Shown here one piece after another: positions 1-5,767 of a DNA stretch of 9,417 nt (the first letter of the stretch is position 1; every line of letters begins with the position of its first letter). The position numbers and the translations under genes are program-made. This DNA comes from a virus (taxonomy: Duplodnaviria; Heunggongvirae; Uroviricota; Caudoviricetes): IMG/VR virus record IMGVR_UViG_2700989509_000013; one strand, 5' to 3'. A model generated the notes under the pieces. The model saw nothing but the letters and a program-made list of their open reading frames with translations. It was not told the DNA's origin and did not search any database.

Positions 1-142
1 CCACCGCCTGCATCAGTGTGTACGGCGTAATGGCAACCGGTCCGCCGTATGGCTGCCAGCCCTCTTTCAGTTTGTGTGTCAGCTTTTCCGCAAGGTCTGA
101 CGGCGACGCCGCCCTGACAACATCATAATGTTTAATCGACAT
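1..142 (-). CDS. DUF1737-like small phage protein, 5' portion only (start at 142, continues past window start)
   Basis: Minus-strand ATG at 140-142 preceded by GGGAGA about 6 nt upstream; translation MSIKHYDVVRAASPSDLAEKLTHKLKEGWQPYGGPVAITPYTLMQAV matches the remembered DUF1737 pattern (…GWQ.YGGP……QAV). Open to the window edge. Confidence 0.55.
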   Translation of the reverse strand, partial: MSIKHYDVVRAASPSDLAEKLTHKLKEGWQPYGGPVAITPYTLMQAV

Positions 143-228
143 CGAATTTCTCCCGTGTAGAGGAACAGAGTTAAAAAGCCGGAAGCGGAATCAAATCACA
201 GGATGACCATCTGCCAGTGGCTGGTCGT

Positions 229-255
229 AAAAAAAAGGCCGCGCCATGCGCAGCC
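229..255 (-). terminator. Rho-independent terminator (minus strand)
   Basis: Read on the minus strand: 8-bp GC-rich stem (237-244 with 248-255, one G-U pair), 3-nt loop, then a U8 tract (plus A-run 229-236). Lies between the 55-aa membrane ORF and the DUF1737-like start. Confidence 0.55.
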
Positions 256-456
256 GAAAATAAAGGGATAACGATGATAGTTTGAGAAAAACAGAAATAA
301 CACTTTTGTGGCAAAGCATGGTGCCGGGTGCCTCCCGGTGAATTCAGTATCAGCACCTGAATCCGCGATTACCCCATATTCCTTCTTGCTGATTGCCCCA
401 CCGCACAGGGGGATTCACCATGCAGAAGTGTTTTTAATAAACAGCAAACAAAAAAA

Positions 457-624
457 TCAAGCATTATGCAGGCTGTTTCTTTTTATCACCGGCCACAGCA
501 ATACCATAATGCCGCAGACCAGCACCCCATCCGCCAGCACCGACATGATTCTGCTGGTGAAATCCACCATCACCACCAGAAACAGCAGGAGTGCAGCCAC
601 AGTCAGGCGCAGTTTTACCGTCAC
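457..624 (-). CDS. Hypothetical small membrane protein, 55 aa, two predicted TM helices (not in the supplied ORF track)
   Basis: GTG start at 622-624 overlaps the TerB-like TGA stop (GTGA); GGAG lies 8 nt upstream. Translation MTVKLRLTVAALLLFLVVMVDFTSRIMSVLADGVLVCGIMVLLWPVIKRNSLHNA has two hydrophobic stretches and a short basic tail. Internal ATGs would give 37- or 29-aa products. Confidence 0.35.
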   Translation of the reverse strand: MTVKLRLTVAALLLFLVVMVDFTSRIMSVLADGVLVCGIMVLLWPVIKRNSLHNA

Positions 625-1053
625 AGGTGATTCTCCAGACGAAGACCCAGAACACCGGCAATCTCTTCCAGCACCTTGCGCTCTTCCGGCTCAATTTCGC
701 CGTCTGCCTCCGCAATGGCCACCGCCACATCCAGCACATCTTCCGCTTCACGCGTATCGTGTTTCACATCCTCGATCTCACGTAACGCCGCACGACGACC
801 AGTTTTAAAGTTCGTATCCAGCTGACCGATAATGGTTGCGCTAATCGCATTAATTTCTGACGTAAACGCGTACAGCGCAGGCTGATTACGCAGTACCTGT
901 TCGATCTTCGCTTTCTAGGAAGCCTCACATTCACCATCTGCATAGGCCACCAGGTATGCGGCGTTAATCACCACCTGTGCCAAATCGCGTTTTTCAAACT
1001 TTTTAATTTCCGTTGCCGCTCTGCGGGCTTTTTTTACCAAAAATACCAAACAT
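621..1053 (-). pseudogene. TerB-like (tellurite-resistance TerB family) gene, disrupted by a frameshift and an in-frame amber stop
   Basis: ATG at 1051-1053 reads MFGIFGKKSPQSGNGN then stops. The main frame (…EIKKFEKRDLAQVVINAAYLVAYADGECEAS*KAKIEQVLRNQPALYAFTSEINAISATIIGQLDTNFKTGRRAALREIEDVKHDTREAEDVLDVAVAIAEADGEIEPEERKVLEEIAGVLGLRLENHL) is offset by one base at the T7 run 1029-1035 and contains TAG at 915-917 (plus-strand cta). Span 433 nt is not a multiple of 3. Confidence 0.6.
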
Positions 1054-1185
1054 CGTGACGTTCCTTTGGGTGGGTGAGCCAACGCCCGGGAGCGATCTGC
1101 CCACAGAGAAAGTCACACTGACCACTCCGTAAGCTCCCCCCCGAAAGGCTCTGTGGTTGGTATGCGCCGGGCGTGGCGCAGATAC

Positions 1186-1209
1186 AAAAAAGGCCCGCAA
1201 AAGCGAGCC
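1186..1209 (-). terminator. Rho-independent terminator downstream of the tRNA cluster (minus strand)
   Basis: Minus-strand hairpin: 7-bp stem (1192-1198 with 1203-1209, one G-U), UUUU loop, followed by a U6 tract (plus A-run 1186-1191). Confidence 0.5.
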
Positions 1210-1225
1210 GGGAAAATAAGTGTAG

Positions 1226-1299
1226 CGCGTTGTACTGGAGTCGAACCAGTGACCGATTGCTTAGAAGGCAATTGCTCTGTCCTGCTGAGCTAACAACGC
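1226..1299 (-). tRNA. tRNA-Arg (anticodon UCU)
   Basis: Clean cloverleaf on the minus strand: acceptor GCGTTGT/ACAACGC, D-arm GCTC/GAGC, anticodon stem ATTGC/GCAAT with loop CTTCTAA, T-arm ACTGG-TTCGACT-CCAGT. CCA not encoded. Confidence 0.9.
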
Positions 1300-1312
1300 A
1301 GAATACCGATAA

Positions 1313-1388
1313 TGGACCACCACCGGGGACTCGAACCTCGCACACTCAACTTAAAGGGTTGACGCTCTTTCCTGATGGCTAGTGGCGG
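1313..1388 (-). tRNA. tRNA-like gene, structurally degenerate (possible pseudo-tRNA; anticodon loop CCUUUAA would read UUU)
   Basis: Acceptor CCGCCAC/GTGGTGG pairs (one G-U) and CCA is encoded; anticodon stem TCAAC/GTTGA is perfect. D-stem has only 2 pairs (GCCA vs GAGC), T-stem has an A-C mismatch, position 33 is C not U, discriminator is U. Confidence 0.45.
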
Positions 1389-1389
1389 T

Positions 1390-1465
1390 TGGTGGCCCTT
1401 GCTGGATTTGAACCAGCGACCTGGCGATTATGAGTCGCTCGCTCTCACCACTGAGCTAAAGGGCC
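1390..1465 (-). tRNA. tRNA with anticodon CAU (Ile2/Met type, ileX/ileZ-like), CCA encoded
   Basis: GGCCCTTTAGCTCAGTGGTGAGAGCGAGCGACTCATAATCGCCAGGTCGCTGGTTCAAATCCAGCAAGGGCCACCA: 7-bp acceptor, GCTC/GAGC D-stem, loop CTCATAA, T-arm GCTGG-TTCAAAT-CCAGC. Closely resembles remembered E. coli ileX. Confidence 0.9.
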
Positions 1466-1474
1466 GGGCGCAGG

Positions 1475-1503
1475 ATAATAACGTTACGAAATCAATGTTG
1501 CAA
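1475..1503 (-). promoter_or_regulatory. Candidate sigma70 promoter for the tRNA cluster (possible late promoter)
   Basis: Minus strand: -35 TTGCAA (plus 1498-1503), 17-bp spacer, -10 TATTAT (plus 1475-1480), ending about 8 nt upstream of the tRNA 5' end at 1465. Confidence 0.4.
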
Positions 1504-1570
1504 GCATACAAAAATCACCCTTATCTCCTCCACCAGCGCATTCACCATGTCTATCCGAGATAAGTGGCAC

Positions 1571-1600
1571 AAAAAAACCCGCTTGTGGGCGGGTTTTGTT
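1571..1600. terminator. Bidirectional rho-independent terminator between Q-like gene and tRNA cluster
   Basis: Hairpin CCCGC-TTGTGG-GCGGG (1578-1593) flanked by A7 (1571-1577) and TTTTGTTT (1594-1601); gives a U-tract on either strand. Confidence 0.55.
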
Positions 1601-1660
1601 TGCTTTTGCCATCACGTACAAAATCGGCAAAATATCAGATTTGCATGAAATATATGCCTT

Positions 1661-2350
1661 TCAATCTACTTTTGCAACACTTTGCTTTGAAAATGCCGCC
1701 TTTTGTTTTGAACGTGTTCTCATTACAAACAATAAAGCCTCACTATCCAGTCGGTGAAAAATGTGTTTCATTGCAACCCAGTGACGAGTAAATGTTTTGG
1801 ACCAGTTTTTAGTTGTCACTCCCGCCAGTAATGCCAGCTCCTGATATTCATAACCTTCCCCACCAAAAAGTTCTGCTTTTACTGCCTGCGCCGCCAGCCA
1901 GATTAATTTTTTCAGGCGTTCCTGCGTTTTCCCAGCAATTTTTCTGGTACCGGATTGAGTATTAAATTCATTCCACGCCCACTGTGTTATCGCGATCTGA
2001 TATTCCCAACAAATACTCCCGCTGTAACACCACAACAACCAGGCTTTATGATGTTCTTCAAGAGACAGAACAGCCCGCCGCCACGATGATGTCGAAAACT
2101 CAACCGGACTGACCAGAGGAATTGACGTCACCTTCGCCAGCGATTGCTTTCCCGGGATTGGTGGATTATCCCGCGTTATCATTTTTCCAGTCACTTCATC
2201 GCGGTACCGGATTTTTTTTCGCCTGTAACGCCCTGTATCGAACATGGCATTCTCCTGCCAGGCTTCAAGCTGACCTTTTGTTGCCCCACTCAAATCAGCG
2301 GTGGCGATAATGAGCTGCTCACGCACAAACTGTAAATAGTGGTTATTCAT
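1661..2350 (-). CDS. Putative late antiterminator Q-like protein (229 aa from ATG 2350)
   Basis: Intact ORF directly downstream of rusA with ATGA stop/start overlap at 2347-2350, followed by terminator and tRNAs as in lambdoid Q regions. Assignment rests mainly on synteny; family not confirmed by motif. Track start at 2356 is GTG. Confidence 0.5.
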   Translation of the reverse strand: MNNHYLQFVREQLIIATADLSGATKGQLEAWQENAMFDTGRYRRKKIRYRDEVTGKMITRDNPPIPGKQSLAKVTSIPLVSPVEFSTSSWRRAVLSLEEHHKAWLLWCYSGSICWEYQIAITQWAWNEFNTQSGTRKIAGKTQERLKKLIWLAAQAVKAELFGGEGYEYQELALLAGVTTKNWSKTFTRHWVAMKHIFHRLDSEALLFVMRTRSKQKAAFSKQSVAKVD

Positions 2351-2712
2351 GCGCACTCCAGTTCTGTGATTTTTATCCCCAGCCGCCCACCAGGAACGAG
2401 CTGACCGCGCACAATATTGATTTCATCAAACTGCTCGTCGTCTATGAGAAGTCCGGCATGCGTCAGCACATCCAGTGGTGCTTTCAGGATATTGTCCAGG
2501 TCACGACGGCGCTTATCCGGTGGCTCTGCAATAATCTTTATCACCAGCCTTCCGGACAGGTTTAATTTCAGCCGCTGCTGGCGAACAATTAGCGCCACAT
2601 CACGGCGATAACGCTTTCCGGCTTCCGAGATGAAATACGTATTGCCATGACGTCGCCAGTAGGTATTCACCGTCGGCGGGTAAGGCAAAACAAATTCTAT
2701 CCGTTCAGTCAT
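2347..2712 (-). CDS. rusA: Crossover junction endodeoxyribonuclease RusA (Holliday junction resolvase)
   Basis: 121-aa product MTERIEFVLPYPPTVNTYWRRHG…DKRRRDLDNILKAPLDVLTHAGLLIDDEQ… matches remembered RusA (acidic catalytic motif, size). ATG at 2712 abuts the DUF968 stop at 2713-2715. Confidence 0.9.
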   Translation of the reverse strand: MTERIEFVLPYPPTVNTYWRRHGNTYFISEAGKRYRRDVALIVRQQRLKLNLSGRLVIKIIAEPPDKRRRDLDNILKAPLDVLTHAGLLIDDEQFDEINIVRGQLVPGGRLGIKITELECA

Positions 2713-3768
2713 TCATGCTTTCCACTTCAGGACACCCGAATTTCTCGCGTGCATTAAAAAACGAATCAGCAACAACAACTGACTACCGTGTTTTTCTTCA
2801 AAATCTTTTACCCCGGCGTGTAGTTCGTTATGGCATTTACGACACAGCGGAATAACAAACAAATCGTCAGCCTTTGTTCCCATCCCTCCCAGTCCATGAC
2901 CAATGATGTGATGCGGATCATCTGCCTGATTACCGCACGTCATGCATTTCTGCGTTTTTACCCAGCGCGTGTATACAGGCATCTCTTCCCGTTGTGGTTT
3001 CTGGCGCTGGAGATACTGAGCCGGTGACTCCGGATCAACGGCAATGCTGACCACCGTCTTTTCCTGTGGCGGGTTTTGCTGGTGGGCGTGAGGCAGCGGC
3101 GCAAGATTTTTTGTGCGCTGCTTCAGTATGCTGGTGGCGGTCTGCTCTCCCGGTACGATGTCGCTTTCACGGTACATTGAGCGGATTTTTTCCGCCGGTA
3201 ATCCCAGAGAACGACGCGATACTGCCTCAGGTAATGCGTCCACCACCTGATTGCAGACTGCCCACCAGGATAATTCAGCCAGCGATAATTCCCGTTCCTG
3301 TGTGCTATTCATTGCGTGGCGGATGACGTCAATCATCCATGCTGACAGATTTTGATGAGCAAGTTGCCCGAGTGATTCGGATGTCTGGTCACGCAGCTGG
3401 TTGTCGCAGTGCCAGCACAACACCATTGCGCCGGTACCATAACGGTGAATGACGGTTTCGCTGTGATGATAATCGCCGTGTGGCCACTGGCAGGATTTAA
3501 TATGGCGCAACAGCCAGTCAGACAATGCACCAGCACCACCAGCAGCACGAATCACACGCTCATTGCTGAAAAATGGCAGTAATGATTTATCTTCCGCCAG
3601 CGGCTGGCGAACGGCAGGAACGACCCCGGACGGCAGATTACGCATGCTTTTCGGTTCAGACTCCACCAGCACCCTGCCGCCATGAAATACCCGCATGGAT
3701 TCACGGCCTGGCTTAACGATAACCACCCCGAGTTCCGGTACCAGAACAGGTCGAAGTAATACCCGCAC
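2713..3768 (-). CDS. DUF968 (YdfU-like) protein with C-terminal Cys/His HNH-like motif
   Basis: 351-codon ORF; C-terminus CMTCGNQADDPHHIIGHGLGGMGTKADDLFVIPLCRKCHNELH is the characteristic motif. Codon at 3766-3768 is GTG; first ATG is at 3694-3696 (MRVFHGG…), so the start is ambiguous. Confidence 0.85.
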   Translation of the reverse strand: MRVLLRPVLVPELGVVIVKPGRESMRVFHGGRVLVESEPKSMRNLPSGVVPAVRQPLAEDKSLLPFFSNERVIRAAGGAGALSDWLLRHIKSCQWPHGDYHHSETVIHRYGTGAMVLCWHCDNQLRDQTSESLGQLAHQNLSAWMIDVIRHAMNSTQERELSLAELSWWAVCNQVVDALPEAVSRRSLGLPAEKIRSMYRESDIVPGEQTATSILKQRTKNLAPLPHAHQQNPPQEKTVVSIAVDPESPAQYLQRQKPQREEMPVYTRWVKTQKCMTCGNQADDPHHIIGHGLGGMGTKADDLFVIPLCRKCHNELHAGVKDFEEKHGSQLLLLIRFLMHARNSGVLKWKA

Positions 3769-3769
3769 G

Positions 3770-4048
3770 TTACCTCCAGATGCGCTGGCAATAACTGACT
3801 GGTGTACGTGGCTGATGATTTGATACAGGTAATGTCACCGAAACAAACCACGTCCTGCCGTCAGGGTTGAGTTGCTTTATTATTGTGTATCCGCGACGAC
3901 CGTATAACTCTTCAAGTTCCCCGAGTTCATGCGTCGTACAGTCCGGATAGTAGAAAGGGGGTTTTTCAGATACGGAAAATCGCCGTCCGTGCCTGCTTGC
4001 AGGGTCGACTGAATTATTGGGATTATGACGTTTGGTATAATGCACCAC
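3770..4048 (-). CDS. Hypothetical protein, 92 aa, GTG start (possibly Rem-like by position only)
   Basis: ORF bounded by stops at 4085-4087 and 3770-3772; no ATG in frame, tandem GTG at 4043-4048 preceded by GAGGG with 5-nt spacer. No recognisable motif. Confidence 0.4.
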   Translation of the reverse strand: MVHYTKRHNPNNSVDPASRHGRRFSVSEKPPFYYPDCTTHELGELEELYGRRGYTIIKQLNPDGRTWFVSVTLPVSNHQPRTPVSYCQRIWR

Positions 4049-4108
4049 TACAACCCTCGTAATGGTGCGACAGGAGCCAGTTGTTCAGGCTGGCTTCACC
4101 AGTATAAT

Positions 4109-4276
4109 TTAGTCTTCTTTAATACAGAAGTGGCTGACAGAATCCATGTGAGATTCTTTAGTGATCAGAATGGCGTCGGGTGGTAACGGCATTACAATAA
4201 ACTCTCCATTTGCAAGGGTTATCACCTCATAACTACCCGGTACAGAAAGCGCAGCAATTAATTCCTTATCATTCAT
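4109..4276 (-). CDS. Hypothetical small protein, 55 aa (not in ORF track)
   Basis: ATG 4274-4276 to TAA 4109-4111: MNDKELIAALSVPGSYEVITLANGEFIVMPLPPDAILITKESHMDSVSHFCIKED. Weak RBS. Candidate promoter upstream on minus strand (TTGAGC-18-TAGAAT) and a 12-bp palindrome about 30 nt before the start. Confidence 0.3.
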   Translation of the reverse strand: MNDKELIAALSVPGSYEVITLANGEFIVMPLPPDAILITKESHMDSVSHFCIKED

Positions 4277-4304
4277 AACAAAACCCTATGAACTTTTAAC
4301 ATTT

Positions 4305-4316
4305 CCCCTTAAGGGG
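4305..4316. promoter_or_regulatory. Perfect 12-bp palindrome CCCCTTAAGGGG (operator or 5'-UTR hairpin)
   Basis: Exact palindrome read directly, sitting between the candidate promoter and the start of the 55-aa ORF. Confidence 0.3.
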
Positions 4317-4400
4317 TCCATCCCTCTTCTCCCTGCGCGCTACTTAAGTATTTTTGATTCTATTCCGGCACCTTCAAAAAGCTCAAACGTCTTGAAAATA

Positions 4401-4428
4401 AACAACAAAAAACCCGCCGAAGCGGGTT
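4401..4428 (-). terminator. Rho-independent terminator at the 3' end of the hok transcript
   Basis: Minus-strand hairpin AACCCGC-TTCG-GCGGGTT (4411-4428) followed by UUUUGUUGUU; about 70 nt past the hok stop. Confidence 0.5.
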
Positions 4429-4496
4429 AAGTGCGGGTGCGTTGAGGATGCCTGACACATCAGAGGTGGCGAGGGATTTCTCCCCCGCCGGGTCTC

Positions 4497-4652
4497 TTAC
4501 TCCTCAGGTTCGTAAACTGTGAAGACAGCGACCTCCGTCTGGCCGGTTCGGATTCGTACCTCGCAGAGGTCTTTCCTCGTTACCAGTGCCGTCACTATGA
4601 CGGTTAAACAGATGACGATCAGGGCGATTAACATCGCCTTTTGCTGCTTCAT
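4497..4652 (-). CDS. hok: Hok-family type I toxin (HokD/RelF-like), 51 aa
   Basis: MKQQKAMLIALIVICLTVIVTALVTRKDLCEVRIRTGQTEVAVFTVYEPEE is a near-exact match to remembered HokD. ATG at 4650-4652 with AAGGAG 9 nt upstream; an in-frame upstream ATG at 4709 gives the 70-aa track ORF. Confidence 0.9.
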   Translation of the reverse strand: MKQQKAMLIALIVICLTVIVTALVTRKDLCEVRIRTGQTEVAVFTVYEPEE

Positions 4653-4830
4653 AGCCTGCTTCTCCTTGCCTTTCGGCACGTAAGAGGCTAACCTACATTT
4701 GTGAGACATAGATTGGGCCTCAGATTAATGTTAAGCGTCTTGCAGGACGCCGAATGTTAACTGGGGCTTTTCTCTATCTGCCTTTGGTGTTCATGCCTGA
4801 GACAGATAGCCTCAAGCACCCGCAGCCATT
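4653..4830 (-). promoter_or_regulatory. hok mRNA leader region (expected site of mok-like overlap, fold-back elements and antisense Sok-like RNA; not resolved)
   Basis: Position relative to hok plus inverted repeat CTATCTG/CAGATAG at about 4769-4808. Sok promoter could not be pinned down by eye. Confidence 0.3.
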
Positions 4831-5114
4831 CTACTTAACTCCCGTTACCTCGCCAATATGAAATCAATCAGAAAGGTGCTCCATAAGAACAATAACAAGA
4901 CAATAAATTGCCATTACAGCCGCAATAGCCAGCGCACATTTCAGAACCAGCACGATGACCTCCCATATTTGACGTACACGCGCATGATTCAATATGTAGC
5001 AACCTATTTCTTGCTTCAATATAAAATCAGGTATTGTTGCATAACTATTTAACTGACTCCCTATCCCCACATCTCAGGCGCTCAACTTCTGTGTGCGGGG
5101 CGTTTTTTAATACC

Positions 5115-5198
5115 TTACCCCCAGCGGCAAATCGAATACACCACCAGCGCCACCGCTATCGCAATTCCTACCGTTGTAAATGCTTCAGGCCAGGTCAT
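5115..5198 (-). CDS. 27-aa hydrophobic peptide (single predicted TM helix), translationally coupled to upstream gene
   Basis: ATG 5196-5198 overlaps the TGA of the 187-aa gene (ATGA); GAGGA lies 9 nt upstream. Translation MTWPEAFTTVGIAIAVALVVYSICRWG, stop TAA at 5115-5117. Not in ORF track. Confidence 0.4.
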   Translation of the reverse strand: MTWPEAFTTVGIAIAVALVVYSICRWG

Positions 5199-5758
5199 CG
5201 CAAAATATCCTCCGCGCTTATCAGTCCGTTTCGCTTCAGGTAGTCCATCGCCTTCTCCGGTAATTTGCAGTCCGGCTTAGCTTTTTTCAGTTGGCTGACC
5301 AGTCGCTTAACCCACATTGTTAATTCGCTAACCTGATTGCCGGATGCTGGGGGATTGTCGGCTTTACCCAGAATGGCAGCACAGCAGGCCTCTTTGAGTA
5401 CCCAATCAACAGCGTCTTTCCATGCTCCTGTTTCGACTGGAGGATTCTCACGCCGTACCTGTTCATAAAAGCGCACAGCTTTAACCAGTCCTTCAGGCAC
5501 TACCGGCACAGGTGGAGCGACGAATAGTGGTTTAGGTGATATCTCCGCACGTTTTGCGTATGCTTCAACTATATCAGGATTAAACAGGATTATGTTTTCG
5601 CCGCATTCCCACGCTATCGGTTCTGCTTCCAGCGATGCCAATGCAATTTTGAATAACTCACCCTCTACTCGTGCCATCCCTGAATTGGGATGGCATTTCG
5701 CAATCGCTATTTTTAATTTAGCTTCTTCGATTAATTGCTCTTTGGTTAATTCAGTCAT
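5195..5758 (-). CDS. Hypothetical protein, 187 aa, no recognised domain
   Basis: Intact ORF MTELTKEQLIEEAKLKIAIAKCHPNSG…AEDILR. Start ATG at 5756-5758 lies inside a 4-codon uORF (ATG 5763-5765, MKND*) and downstream of a hairpin; coding-like composition. Confidence 0.6.
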   Translation of the reverse strand: MTELTKEQLIEEAKLKIAIAKCHPNSGMARVEGELFKIALASLEAEPIAWECGENIILFNPDIVEAYAKRAEISPKPLFVAPPVPVVPEGLVKAVRFYEQVRRENPPVETGAWKDAVDWVLKEACCAAILGKADNPPASGNQVSELTMWVKRLVSQLKKAKPDCKLPEKAMDYLKRNGLISAEDILR

Positions 5759-5767
5759 TTTTCATTA

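Noticed and set aside
171-356. 61-aa minus-strand ORF
   Set aside because: It runs straight through the 229-255 terminator hairpin and has no RBS; it is more likely non-coding promoter/terminator DNA upstream of the DUF1737-like gene.
308-808. 166-aa plus-strand ORF, with the overlapping 95-aa minus ORF (464-751) and 64-aa plus ORF (591-785)
   Set aside because: They overlap or are antisense to the TerB-like gene and the 55-aa membrane ORF, lack ribosome-binding sites, and have Pro/His/Arg-rich translations typical of shadow frames.
621-1465. Shiga toxin or another known toxin in the tRNA-adjacent cargo slot
   Set aside because: The only ORFs there are the TerB-like pseudogene and the 55-aa membrane ORF; nothing resembles an A/B toxin subunit.
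1003-1563. Track ORFs 1003-1200 (-), 1034-1345 (-), 1173-1382 (+) and 1375-1563 (+)
   Set aside because: They overlap the three tRNA genes and terminator, or are the out-of-frame N-terminal stub of the TerB-like pseudogene; none is an independent gene.
1564-1791. 75-aa plus-strand ORF
   Set aside because: It spans the terminator and the 3' end of the Q-like gene in antisense, with no RBS.
2122-3851. Antisense or alternate-frame ORFs inside Q, rusA and DUF968 (2122-2310, 2144-2335, 2417-2611, 2830-3027, 3066-3326, 3333-3548, 3552-3851)
   Set aside because: Each lies within a well-supported gene that has recognisable motifs; the shadow frames have no start signals and atypical composition.
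4037-4200. Plus-strand extended -10 (TGGTATAAT at 4032-4040) followed by an ATG-initiated 48-aa frame
   Set aside because: The ATG directly follows the -10 hexamer, so it cannot be both promoter and start; it is antisense to the small minus-strand ORFs. Likely chance, though an antisense transcript is not excluded.
4497-4709. 70-aa form of hok from the upstream in-frame ATG (MSHKCRLASYVPKGKEKQA-MKQQ…)
   Set aside because: Hok toxins are about 50 aa, and the internal ATG at 4652 has the strong Shine-Dalgarno; the extension is more likely leader or mok-like sequence than the toxin N-terminus.
5034-5243. 69-aa plus-strand ORF
   Set aside because: Antisense to the 27-aa peptide and the 3' end of the 187-aa gene; Arg/His-rich shadow frame.
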